A stretch of DNA of 64,000 nucleotides from Bigelowiella natans CCMP2755 (GCA_000320545.1 ADNK01000313.1:190779-254778), one strand, 5' to 3'; numbered from the stretch's first letter, positions 26,756 to 40,432 are shown. The notes: a model not told the origin generated them from the sequence alone. Translations and numbers: made by a program.

Positions 26756-27627
26756 TTGTTAGATGAGAAATTGTGGAGATAGTAGAAGCAAAAGTTGATA
26801 AACAACATCCGCATGTAGTTAAACATCCACATGTACTTAACACGACGAGTGTTTGTTTTTCCTTCAGTGTTTCTGCATGTTGAAACCATCGTCGATTGAC
26901 CGTCAAATATTATGCCAGTGCGAACCGTTACAGTGCAATAACTACTAGAATTAAATCATAGGCGTATGTTCTCAGCTTGTCGCTTTAGTCATTTTCGCAT
27001 CAGCTACTAGTAGCTAACAATCAACGAAGACCACACGCATTTGTATGCATGTGCTATAAAACAAAATACGACATTATGCGCAGCATGGAGTTCACTGCAG
27101 TAACTAACTGATGGTGCTTCGATTCGGTGTACATGTGTAGTAATGGCTCAATAATGCGAGCTGCATGATGCAATAATGCGTGTGAAATCTCAATCAGCGG
27201 TTATTCCAAATTTCATGTGCGCTCGCTTGTAATAACACGGCATACGTCAGGTCGTGAAGCTGCTTGGTCGAACTGCATGTATTTATGCAAATAAGTAATA
27301 AAAACTGCAACTACCCTACGTACATGCAGCGTTTATTTTCTGATTTTGGACACCACCGCTTCACAGAGTAGCGCTATCGTGCTATGATACGGATTCGGTA
27401 CGCAACGTAACCTGCAATTTTTCAGCGCATGCAGCATATAGATAAGCAGCTAGGCGAACACTCGCATAGTAGTTGAAATACAATTCGGTATCACAATGCA
27501 AATAACAAGAGGCGAAGACTAAAAAATGACGCACAGCAACGCAAATCGATGATGTGTGTATGAGAGCATCTTCTTCGATCCTATAACACAATCGCTTGCG
27601 GGTGGCCATCCCATGATTATCATGCCT

Positions 27628-28540
27628 TTACTTTTTTGACTTAGAAACAGTTGCTGCAAAACCTATCAAGGTCAATTATGTGATGACAAGACATAAAATA
27701 TGAAAATGTTGCGAATCATTAAGAATATAAAACCTTGGCATTCTTCGCCGCACTCAAATTGAGCGATATCCTCAGAATATCTACAAATACGAATATGCAA
27801 GGAGAACCAACAAGAAGCAAAACAATAAAATCTAATTCTCGACAAAGAGACAACTATTGTTTGTTAGAGTGGGTGTTAACATCCATTGAAATACAAATAA
27901 TACACACCACCTGACGAACGAGATAGGTCCACTATATTCCATGATATCCCGAACCTAAGCATTCGCATAGATTCATTACCTTTCATGTCATGTACGACAA
28001 CATTTTTTATTATGTATCAATCTTAAATGATGTATTCTTCAGTACCGCGCTCATCTCAGCCTCAAGATACCACGTTTGATTCACAAACTCAACATCCTAA
28101 CCACCGAATATTAAAGGAGAACGTCGTTCAGATATATGATTAGTGCTGCAACGTAAATGATCCTGCATTCAAAAGAGATGATTAAACAAATTGGCACTGC
28201 TGTCTTGTTGTTGTTTGTTATTTATCAATTAATTAGAAGCAACCTGGCATGCTGTGCTATCATGCCACTTTTCGGTTGAAACAGGATGAAACCCTCCAGA
28301 CATGAAAGTAGCCCATAACAGCTCTGACCACAGAAGTGATGCCCAACTCTTGCCAAATCTCTGGAAGATGATTCAATCAATGGATGGATCAGTGAATCAA
28401 TCAAACAACGAACAACAACAGCAGCAAGCAGGCAGTGTGGCTATTGATTTATCCGATTCCTTAGGTGATTTTTCTCGTTTTAATTTTTCTCTCTCGCGAG
28501 CTCACTCGCTTCCCCCCCCGACCACAAAGCACACACAGAC

Positions 28541-28579
<39 letters not shown>

Positions 28580-28748
28580 GTGTGTGTGTGTGTGTGTGTG
28601 CGTGTGAAGTAAATGATAATAGGGTTGTTGTTGTTGTTGTTGTTGTTGTTGTTCCGATGAACAAGCAACCACCAAGCACCAAGCACAGATAGATCACCTG
28701 CATGCCCATCCTATGGTGCTCAAGGTGTATATGTGATGTCCCTAACAC

Positions 28749-28780
<32 letters not shown>

Positions 28781-29765
28781 TAGTAGTAGTTGTGACTTAT
28801 GATGCCATTAGTGTTATCATTGCTCTCCTAAGCTCGAAACAAACGGCGGAAAAGAAACGAAGGCAACAGTTTTCGATAACATGTATTGGTATCAAGATGT
28901 TTTTAGCTTTATTGCGCGTCCCATATTGTAGAATATTTTGTCAGGATAATAACCTTTAAGCAATGTTTCCGAACGATTTTTATGGAAAATATGACCGAAC
29001 ATTCCATACCTTTTTGACAATAATAGTGAGTAAGAAACTCCTCTCTTGATAAAATCCATTATGGTTTTAAATTGTAAAATATTGAGAGGTACAAATCAGC
29101 ACTTCTTTTGTAACTACTACTTTGTTCTCTTACTACTGAGTGATCCTCCTACACATCTACTACACTATATTACTAAATTAAATGCACTAGTACTCGCTTG
29201 CTTCGATGTTGACTTTTATAGCATTGAACGAGTCGATTCCTACATAGACACGTCATACATAATGATTGCTATAATATCCATGCTTCTTCATGTGTTGATT
29301 TTCAATGACGGAGAGAGCATAGTGATGTATGGTAGGCACTGCTGACATGATACATTGATTAGTAGTGATGTATGGTAGGCACTGCTGACATGATACATTG
29401 ATTAGTAGTGATGTATGGTAGGCACTGCTGACATGATACATTGATTAGTAGTGATGTATGGTAGGCACTGCTGACATGATATATTGATTAGTAGTGATGT
29501 ATGGTAGGCACTGCTGACATGATACATTGATACCCGAGGAAGAAAGATGATGATGGTGCAATATAGATGTTATAAACAACCATAATTTTCCTTGCAGTCA
29601 TCCAGAAGCTGAGAGAACGTCACAAATTTATTATCAAATCCCTTTGGCACGTCTCCTAAAATACAGCAGCGAAACCAATGTTGTAAGATAACTGATACCG
29701 CTATCTAAAATCCGGGGGCTGTCTCCGTCTGCAATATATTACACACACACACACACATACACACA

Positions 29766-29848
<83 letters not shown>

Positions 29849-30846
29849 GTATTTATTTACACAAATAATTTTGAATATGAATAAAAATAATAAGTATAAG
29901 AATGAATATTGACCCCTGAGATCGCCCGTTAGACAATTCTCCTTAAAAATAAACTTTTCCTCTTTCCATCTTATAGAAGTATGGATTGCAATCAGATGTG
30001 CATATTTGACGTAAGAATAGCAAATAGACTCTGCAAACGAATGAAAATTGATATAAGATCTAGAAGTCAGCAGACTGTTAAGTCGTCAAACAAGAAAGAG
30101 GAAAAAACTGATAACAGTTAATCAATAAAAGAGCTCATCATCGTTTATGCTGACTTTTGCTCGATGAGCAACAGCTTTGAATATTAGTACTACCCTGTGG
30201 ATCTTGCTACTTCTTCCTGATTCATAAAGCAATCAGCTGTAACGATGCGAGCATTGGGAACCCACGTGTATCTGATAAGATGATTGTCATGCACACAATA
30301 ACGACGGTGTGATGATGGCGGAATAGTAATTGTAAACACTTGCATATCAACTGTTTCTTATAAGTTATAAATACGTGCAACAAAGAGAATGATGAAGTGG
30401 CGATCGATAGTAATAATCCCTCTCCCTATCTTTCCTTCCTATCACTCTCTTTCCTTACATGATACTCTCGTAGACATAGTCGTAACCACTTCCACCACTG
30501 AAAAAGTGCCTACAAACAGGATGTTCAGCACATACTAAGCACACACACCGCAATATTACTATTATTATTTTACAGCTTGTACTTCTGTGTGTGCTTAGTG
30601 TTAATATATAATTCTACGGCGAGAAGATAGATAATGATAAGGTTTATGATAATAGTGCTGCAATGAATGTTGATAGTACTGAGGGGTTGCGCTCTGGAAG
30701 TATTCGCTGTTACACCTGACATCGTACGAAGAGAGCGGTATGTATGTATGTAGGGGCACGGTTTCTCACGATTTGACTATGTTGAAGCAAAATACTATTC
30801 GCACCTACTTATTTTATCTAAACCACCACCATCATCATCACTTTAT

Positions 30847-30881
<35 letters not shown>

Positions 30882-30980
30882 TGCTAAAATGTCTATCAAA
30901 AAATCGTTGTCAAACATAATCAGACGACATTATGTTTTTATTATTTTAGTCACTAATGTTTTATTTCAAGAATGGATTAA

Positions 30981-31017
<37 letters not shown>

Positions 31018-31894
31018 CTATATTGATTAACCATGATTTTGCCCCCCCAATTTCAGGACCTATACGGCGAGTAGAGCGACATTGCAAGTAGGGTCGGAAT
31101 TTAATCCTGTTTAAAAACATCATCATCATCATCACTCCCTCTAGCCCCCCCCCTTGAGCAGCCTCACCCTCCCTCCTCTTCTTTAGGAATTAACATGTTA
31201 ATAATAATAATACCAAAAGTTTGTCTCGAGACCATATTCCATGTATCTTTGCACATTTTCCTTGATAAGTAAGAACGACAACAAACAAAGGGACTAGTGT
31301 GAAAAACAAAAGAGCTGTCTGCCATTTCTTGTTTACATCATCATCGAGTAACTACTACTATACTCAGTAGACCTCATCATACATTCAGTGCGGCATAGTA
31401 GCGACTACTACTTTTGAACCACCTACCTTTTCGACGTGCTCCTGACCGTATTGAATACTCGTACACACCTAATAATAATAATAATAATAAGGTAGATGAA
31501 CGACGAAGAAGATAATGATAATGAGGTAAAGCTCAAATGTTACTGTGTCTCCTTCTTACGAGAACAAGAATCACATATTCATTACTAATATATAATTTAC
31601 TGATGCATGCACACCTGGTTCCAAAAGGCCTGAAAAGACGCGAAAACAGCACGTGTGGCAGAGAGCAGAACCTGATTGTGTTGTTGTTGTTGCTGCTTAA
31701 AGACACGACAAAGATACTAATATCTTTAATAAGAAAAGAAAAAAGGAAGTAAAAATTGCTAAAGCACCTATTTTAGAGATATGCAGATGAATGTTCGTCA
31801 ATGTACAAAAGGCGCCTCTTTACATCAGGAATGGCAAAATTGGAAGCAGATAGTTATTCCCAGAGACATCAGCAAATGATAGAAATGTGCATTA

Positions 31895-31938
<44 letters not shown>

Positions 31939-32061
31939 TGTCCTCCTCCTCCTCCTACCGGTAAATCGGCCGGATCCACCTTTTTAATCAGCTGTAAGCT
32001 ATTCTGTGATTTTCATCATAAATAATAATATTACTACCTTAGAAATCAAAAAGATTAGCAC

Positions 32062-32108
<47 letters not shown>

Positions 32109-33500
32109 AACACACATATTTCAAATATTTATGTAAAAATATTTTGTGCGTGTTTGTGTCTGGTGCGGCTTTATGTTGTAGTATTATATTGATAACGTAT
32201 TAATAATCCTTCCTTCAAAATGCAATATTGTAGGCAATTAAGATGCGCGTGGTTGGTTGGTTGTTGTGCGATCTTACTACGTACGATGTCGTGGTTTTAC
32301 TACTACATACTTCTCTGAGCCTTTTCTCCCCTCGATGCAGCAATGCAGCAATGCTGTCTTGGAGATTCGACACCGCCTCCTACACGAAGTGGAAGGTGCC
32401 AATTAAATTTCCAAGAACAGCAGAAATTAGCGGCAGGCTAAATATGTAGTGAGATACAGAAATATGATAAAAGGAAAGAAAGGATAGGGAAGATGACTTC
32501 GTCGTCGTTTGCAGCACGTATTATTACATGTGATCTGCTGAAAGGGTCTGATGGTGGATTGTGTGCAAAAGAGCCTTGCCACCTACTCAATCATGATTAA
32601 CACCCCAATGATTATTATATTTGTTTGCGTGATCTTGTTCTTGTTCTATTGCCTAGTATACTATTGTTTGTTTGATCTTGTTCTAATGATTATATTTGTT
32701 TGATCTTGTTCTATTGCCTAGTATACTATCTCCTCTGTCCTGCCTGTAAGCAATGTGCGAAAGTAGTAGCACTACGTTGTACCTACCCCTTCTGGTAGAT
32801 AGGTGTGTTTTGGAGTGTAATAGTAAGGAGGGTATCATTCGGGATGGCAGAATTTTGGAACCAACTTTCTACGAGCCAGGAAGCCATTGTCACATCTACT
32901 TTCTGGGAGAAAGAAAGACAACAACAACAAGAAGAGACAAGAATAAGTTTGGAGAAAATTGTTTTCACAATGTACATCTACCTCCCCTCTTGCGAAATCG
33001 ACGGTGACGAGGCTCAGAAACATGGGTAGTATCATGTTGGGCAGCATGAAAAGATAGATGATCGAGCTGTTGCTCGGTCTGCCTGCAGTATTATGATATG
33101 CTGCTTGGACCACCAGCACCGAGATCACAGCAGGTTAACAATGATTTTTATCTCAGAGACAGCTTGTACGATGTGTGATCAAAATTTACGATCGGAACTG
33201 CCTCATCAACAGCATGCACACTACTGCTCTATCGTCGACAAGAAGAATATGAGCATGTCGCATATATAAAGTAGAATGTGATTTACGTTGTGCGACAAGA
33301 ATATGAGCTTGTCGCATAGATAAATGTAGAAAGTGTTCACTAACTAATGGAACCAATGATAACTACTACGAAGATCCCTCCTCCATCTAATCAGTGCCCA
33401 TCGTCTTGAAGAAGAAGACACAAACACAACTCTCGGATACACGTACTGCACCAGATCCGAACTGCAGCAGTGATGATGATGCAGCCAAAGTATGCGACAG
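27628..33500 (-). CDS. Methyltransf_22 (METTL24)/FkbM-like methyltransferase-domain protein with many micro-exons; 5' end uncertain
   Basis: Spliced RIKFRPYLQCRSTRRIG..HFFSGGSGYDYVYES..ARIVTADC..VTFSQLLDDCKENY/GIDSFNAIKVNIEAS/EEEFL matches the family order (YSFGS..FE, tL..ll, idilKiDiEg.E). Last exon GFAATVSKSKK* with TAA at 27630-27628. Confidence 0.55.
29320..29531. repeat. 43-bp intronic minisatellite, about 4.9 copies
   Basis: Unit agtagtgatgtatggtaggcactgctgacatgatacattgatt starts at 29361, 29404 and onward; one C>T variant. Confidence 0.95.
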
Positions 33501-33634
33501 TGAATGGCATCAAAATACGGTAGGTAGGTACGTAGTAGTTCGTCAATCAATAAGAACAATCACCCCATCATCGAACGACTCAATAGCAGCATTTTGACAT
33601 TGCGTGCAGGTATTTATTGGAAATCCCTGAAGCA

Positions 33635-34413
33635 ATGAAAAAGTCTCAATGCACGGAAATGAAGGGTGTAAATCTAAACGTTGCATACTTTTGAAGATGC
33701 TGAAGGTTATATAATGTTCACCATCAGAGTCGTTATCTTCACAACGAGTCGTCGTATTGACTCCAGGAGGGCGAGCTGGTGGTATTGGAAATTGTGCATT
33801 TTCTGGCCTCCGTAAGGCCTTGCTCAAGGAGGGAATCTCGGTGCTGACGTGGGATAGAAGAAATTCGGGTGAATCCGACATCTCATTTCGGTTTCAGCAG
33901 CATGGAACGGCGTCCAGAGCAGAGCAGGATGCTTCTGATCTGTACGTAGCAGAACAATATCATAAGATTAGCTGTGCGTATTTTCTTATTTTCTTCTTTT
34001 CTTCTACCATTGTTTGGTAGTATTATCATCGTACGTAGCAGAACAATATCATAAGATTAGCTGTGCGTATTTTCTTATTTTCTTCTTTTCTTCTACCATT
34101 GTTTGGTAGTATTATCATCGGAGTAATGTAAAAAATAGACCAACAGCCAGGATAATACCATTGTAATCGCAGGTATGAGTTAATTCGTAACCTTAGCCTA
34201 GATAAAGTATCATTGGCTGGAGCATCTGCGGGTGGGCGGATGACCCTTGCATTCGTGGCAAAGTATCCAGACTTGGTCGAGCAAGTTCTTTTGCAAAATC
34301 TCACGGGAGGTCAGAAGGCGGCGGAAAAATTGTCCAAATCGTATTTTGATAGCGTCGTCTCTATCGCTAAGGTACGTAGCAGCTGGACGATATAGTCGTG
34401 TGTGTGTGTGTGT

Positions 34414-34453
<40 letters not shown>

Positions 34454-34634
34454 GTTAAACTAGTGTGAAAGAGTACTTAGCTCGGGGATAAAGCACAAGA
34501 AACCTATAATCATCATCATCGTCATTATTATCATCATCCTCACATGTAGTTTAGTGTACAGCTAAGTGCCGTTGATGATGTAGTCTTCGATAGTTCCATC
34601 ATTTGTCCTGATTTTATATACTATCTTTAAGAAA

Positions 34635-34671
<37 letters not shown>

Positions 34672-34790
34672 ATATAAATACATATATAATCAATAGGAAG
34701 GTGGAATGGAAGCGGTAGCAAAGTTGGATCCCTACTATTCGAAGCTTCTTTCGAGAGGCCTTCCTTCACTACAACAACGAAGATGGACCC

Positions 34791-34825
<35 letters not shown>

Positions 34826-35537
34826 CAGAAGAGAAATGCTGATATCTGATAAACAACTTTTAGGACTACTAAGTACCTAAGAAGAACAAACACTACTCTA
34901 TGGCATGTGTGGTGCCAACGAGACTGTACCTCATCAAGACTTGCGTTTATGCAGAAAGGACACTTTTTGTTGTTGTCATCATACACGTTTTCATCAACAA
35001 CCCTCCGATTTCTTCATGATTGCGTAGGTGGTACAAACAAGCTTAGAGAATGAATTTCTTCCCGCAATGAAGCGATCACGTGAATTTTTATGGAGGGCTA
35101 TAGATCCTGTTCTTGGATTTTCCGAGAAAATGCTTTCGGAAATTGCGAATGGTAGCATTTCATTCATTTTGGTATATAGCCGAAGTTCATGCGATGGAAT
35201 GCACACGAGAGGAGTGATGCAAGCCCTCTCTAAAGCATTGGGTGGTGATATACCGATTCTGGATAACCCAAAAGGAAGAATCTGGGTTCCTAAGGCTGTT
35301 CAATTTTTTGCGAGCGGTAGTAGTTTCGCAGAGAAGAAGATGATAGCGAATATTCCAAAAAATGTGGAAAAGGAGAAGCAAATGAATAAAATAAATGTGA
35401 ATTGTACGTTAGCGACGGTTGCATCGAATTTTGGAGATTTTAGAGATGAAACGAGCAAAACAAAAAGCAAGGATAAGTTAGATCTTCGGGAAAGTGAAAA
35501 ATGTAGAGCGCCATGCTGCCAGAGTACATGTGATTGA
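33635..35537 (+). CDS. Alpha/beta-fold hydrolase
   Basis: VVVLTPGGR..VLTWDRRNSGESD..AEQDASDL/YELIRNLSLDKVSLAGASAGGR (GxSxG nucleophile elbow)..KYPDLVEQV. Last exon 35028-35537. Start approximate. Confidence 0.85.
33942..34119 (+). repeat. 89-bp tandem duplication beginning at an intron donor
   Basis: gtacgtagcagaacaatatc...gtattatcatc at 33942 and 34031. Confidence 0.95.
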
Positions 35538-36027
35538 GGAAATGAACTCTACAGATAATATTAAGAATAGCAACAGAGAAGGCGGCGGTTGTAGTTTTCG
35601 GTTGCAAGATTGAAATTGCATCAGCTCAACTTGCAAGTATCTTATTATGCGTCTTTTTATGCCACAACACAATCGAAATGTAGCAAAGGTAATGACTAGT
35701 ATTGCGGGATAGAAAAGACATCATAAAATTGTGACGGTACGGTGACAGCAATGTTGAAATAATATAGATAATGTGTCATGCGCGTAGCACTAGAGCAGCC
35801 AGTAGCCATATGTGCATGGGATACGCGCTGCAGCTATAAGGTCACGTACGTAGCGTGATTGAGAGAGCACAATTGTAAAGAAAAAGGTAGGGAGTAGTAG
35901 TCTCATTTCATGCATGTGTTTAATCATTGTAGGATTCCAATCCAGGTTTTAGCGTAGCCCATTTCCTCAGGCATCGCGTACAAATTCTACAACGAGCAGC
36001 GTCTGGCCTCACTTCATTGCTTCTGAA

Positions 36028-37413
36028 TCAATGCAAATATTTCGAAACGAGGGCATTCAATTCAGTGTTAGTCAACGGAAATCGTGGAGCTTCGAAGTCC
36101 GTAACTAAAGAAACCATAGAATTAAAGCCTGCGGCCCTCATTATTTCTGCATGCAACATTTCAATTGATCTTAGATCTCTCTCCACAACCACTTTGGAAT
36201 TCTGTATGTGTGCAACAAGAGACGTCACAAAGTTGAGTGAAAATCAGCAATCACCGTTGTGAGAGTGTGATTAATGTGGCGTGAATGACGAGTGTGTTGT
36301 TGTATTGTCACCTCGGGTCTCTGATAGTTCATCAGGTACGTCGCAAATGGGCCTTGGTCCACCGATGTTTTCTCATGCAAGGCGAAAGCAATTCGTCTGT
36401 GTGCCAACGCTGCTAAATCATATGCAGTATTTCCTTCGTCATCACAAACGTTCAGTGCTGCTCCTGCTTTTTCTACAAGCCACTTTAATTTGTCGGAGGC
36501 GACCGGAAGCATCATTGCCGCCAGCATCAGTGGGGTCCTGCCTCTGTTGTCCTGTGTGTCCACGTCAGCGTTAGCCTCCAGGAGCATCTGTGCAGTTTCA
36601 AGCGCACGATGACCATGTTGTTTGAAGATAGCATGGACGAATACTTTTTGGCCCAAGAAATCTTTCGAATTCACGTCAGCCTTCCAGTCTAGAAGGCTTT
36701 CGACAATGAGCCTCCCGGCTGAGGCTTCAACGGCGTATGTTAACGGCGTCAGTCCGAGATCATCTTTCTTATTGACATCTGCCCTACTTATAGGGAGAAT
36801 TTCGCAAAGCATTCGCTTGAGAACACGTGAATAAACAATATCAAGGTTCTTCTCCTTGGCTTGAACGAACTGCAACTGTGCATGTCCTCGACGCAAGCAC
36901 CCTTCACCGCGTTTTTTTCTGTCCAATAAATTTTCGACGCCATCCACTGAAGTCCATCTCTGCCTTTCGAAAGGCTTGTTCCCCATGAGTTCTTGCCACC
37001 AGAGCTGGAAGCCTTTTCTTTGGTATTTTGGTATGAGCGTTGAATGAGGATACCGATTAGTATGAACGATGGGTGAGGATACCGATTAGTCGCTGCTTGG
37101 CTAATATGTCCAGTTGAATATCCGAGTAAGAATGAGTAAACATGTAAAATTTTTGGATGCTAAAATTTTCATCACAGATATTTCTGATCTGAAAAACTGG
37201 CAATGCAGTTAGGTTATCAGCCGATGAAAAAAAGTAAACAGGAGACACTACCAAAAGAGGTAAACGATGTGAGTATTTAGGCATTACTTGCATCACATTT
37301 TGCGTTTTGTTTGTCGTAGATCTAATATGGAGTGGATTAAAAATGTATACAAATATTATGCAAAGGAAGTGGTCGTAGCAGTATAGTGAAAGCGATTTGA
37401 ATTGTAGCGACAT
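36028..37413 (-). CDS. Ankyrin-repeat protein
   Basis: ORF 36225-36986 has ADVNKKDDLGLTPLTYAV, ADVNSKDFLGQK, ADVDTQDNRGRTPLMLAA, LNVCDDEGNTAYDLA. Probable last exon 36028-36228. 5' exons uncertain. Confidence 0.8.
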
Positions 37414-37444
37414 GTTAGTGCAGTCTTGGGAAAAAGATAAATTG

Positions 37445-37517
37445 TGGTCATAAAGGGGCTCGAACCCTTGACCGCTGGCTTATTAGACCAGTGCTCTACC
37501 GACTGAGCTATACGACC
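37445..37517 (-). tRNA. tRNA-Ile (anticodon AAT)
   Basis: Minus strand GGTCGTATAGCTCAGTCGGTAGAGCACTGGTCTAATAAGCCAGCGGTCAAGGGTTCGAGCCCCTTTATGACCA folds into a cloverleaf; anticodon loop CT-AAT-AA, A and B boxes, downstream TTTTT (37431-37435). Confidence 0.95.
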
Positions 37518-37662
37518 TGCAAATGAATTTGTGTTTATGTGGGGAATTTATATGTACCTTGTAGTGAAAGATAAGGGAAAGTAATTCCATTTCTATATGA
37601 CAGACAGACAGACAGACGGACGGACGGACTGACGAGGCTCACCCGACAACTAACTCCAGAGC

Positions 37663-38014
37663 ATGAGGCGAAGAGTGGTGGTAGAAATGGACGACCAGAG
37701 CTCTTTCAAACATAAAAATGAAGTGGAGGTACACAAATGCAAATTTGTCTCATGTGCAAGCAGCTGTTATCACCATCATCGACTGGTAGTACATACACAG
37801 TGAAGTGTGCTGCTTGTGAAGTGGTAGTACCATTGAGAATAGTAACCCACTTATATGATTGCCTCCTGAAAGGTGGGTCTTCTCGATACTGTAGCTGATG
37901 TTGGAGAAAGATTTGAAGAAGAAGAAGAGGAGGGGACAGAAATGCATCAGGTAAGGGGAGGAGGGCACCTATTGGCGTGCAATACAATATCTTACTACCT
38001 GCTGTCCGCCTATA

Positions 38015-38073
<59 letters not shown>

Positions 38074-38195
38074 ATAGCCTGTTGGCGCGACACGGAGTGC
38101 AAAAGATCTTTTCCCAATTAAAGAGTTCCTCCTAGCATTATCCCTAACTCTGGGTGGCATAATATTCCTTCCGATAGGATTATACGAACTCTTTG

Positions 38196-38231
<36 letters not shown>

Positions 38232-38260
38232 CCACCACCAGCAGCAGCAGTAAGTAATAT

Positions 38261-38292
<32 letters not shown>

Positions 38293-38768
38293 TAGTAGCG
38301 CTGTATGTAATAGTGCTTCAGCAACTGTAGCAATAACAGCAACTATTGTTTTCAAATTTGTTCCGCCAATCTTTGAGATCAACAACACGCAAAACGATTT
38401 TAGGACGTCAAGACATTAAGAGGGCATTGCCATTTCTTTGCATAACCCCGCTTGGTACATATTCTTCCCAGCTTTTTGAAAAAATGCATTTTAGAGATGT
38501 GAGCAGATTAACGGTTGAATTAACAGAGAAGATGATATATTACTAACGTTGTTCTCTATTTACTAAACAGTACTTTTACCGGGATCCTACCATCTACATA
38601 TTATAGTGCGAGCTTATCTGGGTATGTTATACTACTGGGGTTATAGAACATCCTGCTCCCTTGTTCCTACACTGTAATTTTGCTGAATAAAGGTGGTTCT
38701 GCTTTCTTCCACATACTACAGGACACCGTGGGTTTCGATATAGCCAGGTCGTGCGCAGACTGCACTAG
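37663..38768 (+). CDS. TMEM230/TMEM134 (DUF872) family membrane protein
   Basis: Spliced FPIKEFLLALSLTLGGIIFLPIGLY../RALPFLCITPL/VLLPGSYHLHIIVRAYL/GHRGFRYSQ..*: two TM helices and the LPGxYH..A..G..G.xY signature. Confidence 0.8.
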
Positions 38769-38992
38769 CCAATAAAATGGAGCTGGCACGAACCACACAT
38801 AAGTTAAACCAGGATATATAAAACAACAGAAAATAGTTTCTAATCATCAGAGGAAAATCAAATCAGAAGCACAAAGAATGTGCATGACTGCGAGGTATAA
38901 GCGAATAGTGAAATGTAACAACTAATAGACTATTTCTGCACCTGCTAGATTAGACAGACGCATGCGCATGCACATATGAATATTACATATAC

Positions 38993-39065
<73 letters not shown>

Positions 39066-40135
39066 GCAGGCTACATAAATTTGACAGATGTTATCTAGAT
39101 ATGTATGACTGCTATGATTCACAATATTTGTGTTAGCATGGACAAATCTAAATAGTTACCAACATATTTCTTCGGATAACAGCACAATGTACGTTGCAAG
39201 CTGTGCGCAATGCTACGATGCAAGATGGTACGATACGCACATGTAGACATGCGAGACGGATGTAATGAATCATTAACTTGACTTGCATTGTCATCGTAAG
39301 TGTAAATATATGAGGCAGATGTCATGAATAAATAAATTTCATTCTACCAAGCCATAGTCATCCTAATGTAGTAGCTCTGTGGCATGAAGCTGTCGTGCTA
39401 CAAAGCAAGTAAGCGGTGATGAATGAACAATTCATGCATGTACTGTGTCATCACAACAATGTGCATGCCACACTGACCGTGGATGTGTGCGTGCAAACCA
39501 TGAGACGGGTGCAAAATGAAATGATTGCAATTTTTCAATGCTAGAATGGCCATCCTGATGTAGTGGCTCTGCAAACTGTTGGCTAGTTGGGTGCGTGTAA
39601 TATGTGCAGTGTGGCTAAACATTGGTGATGGACAAGCTAGCAAGAATCGAATTGGACATAATAGACACAGCAATACACTATATATATTATTATATGTATT
39701 GTGTATTGCATGTCTATCATGGACCAAGCTAGCATCGCAATATAGCAAGCTAGAAAGATTGATGATGTTGCAAAGCTGGCTACGTGACAACACGCACGCC
39801 GCCGTGCATGGACCACACCTCACGTTTCATTTCCCCACCACTGCTAGACTGTCGGCGCAGCAGCAAAATTGCGAAAATGCGCACGCTAGTACGCAACGTG
39901 AAAATTTGCCCACTGACGACCCACTGCGCACTGAATAACTACCATAATGACATGGTGAAAATCATAGGCAACACATCACGTGTCTTTTGTGAAAACAGTT
40001 TTTTTTGAAAATGACAAAGCAAAAATCCACAGCAGAGCATCGCGCCATTGCCTAACTAGCCATGTCTATATATGTCGCACAAGTTTTCGCCGCTGTTGGC
40101 CAGCCGTGAACTTGGTTTTCTTTTTCTGTGTGTCC

Positions 40136-40432
40136 TCAATCATTTCCATCACATTGATGCCAACAACTCAGAACTGCTAGCTTGAGAGCCTTTTCTTTGA
40201 AGTCAATTACAAACGAAGTGCTGAAGGATTCTACAATCGACTGGGGGACAAGGAAAAACACCCGAGCTTTCTCCGCTTTTGATGCACCGAATTTGTTCAG
40301 TTCATCAACGTGTGCTTTGCCGATGGACTTCTTGCTGCTAATCGTGACTTGATGCAGTGTCCGACAGTTTGTTGCTCCATCGATGGCCGGGTAGATTTGG
40401 ACACACTGTGAGTTCCGCCTTTTGACCCTCAG
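40136..40432 (-). pseudogene. Crinkler/RHS-type restriction-endonuclease-fold (CR-REase) domain fragment
   Basis: Stop-bounded frame with no ATG: ..IYPAIDGATNCRTLHQVTISSKKSIGKAHVDELNKFGASKAEKARVFFLVPQSIVESF... It resembles the NFPAID..FQxTxS..H.I..FVVP..F signature. Confidence 0.55.

Noticed and set aside
29320-29531. CRISPR-like array
   Set aside because: Contiguous identical units, no spacers, eukaryotic intron.
32607-33340. Short imperfect direct repeats (also 18010-18085, 37045-37090, 56333-56368)
   Set aside because: Ordinary slippage duplications without terminal repeats or coding hallmarks of a mobile element.
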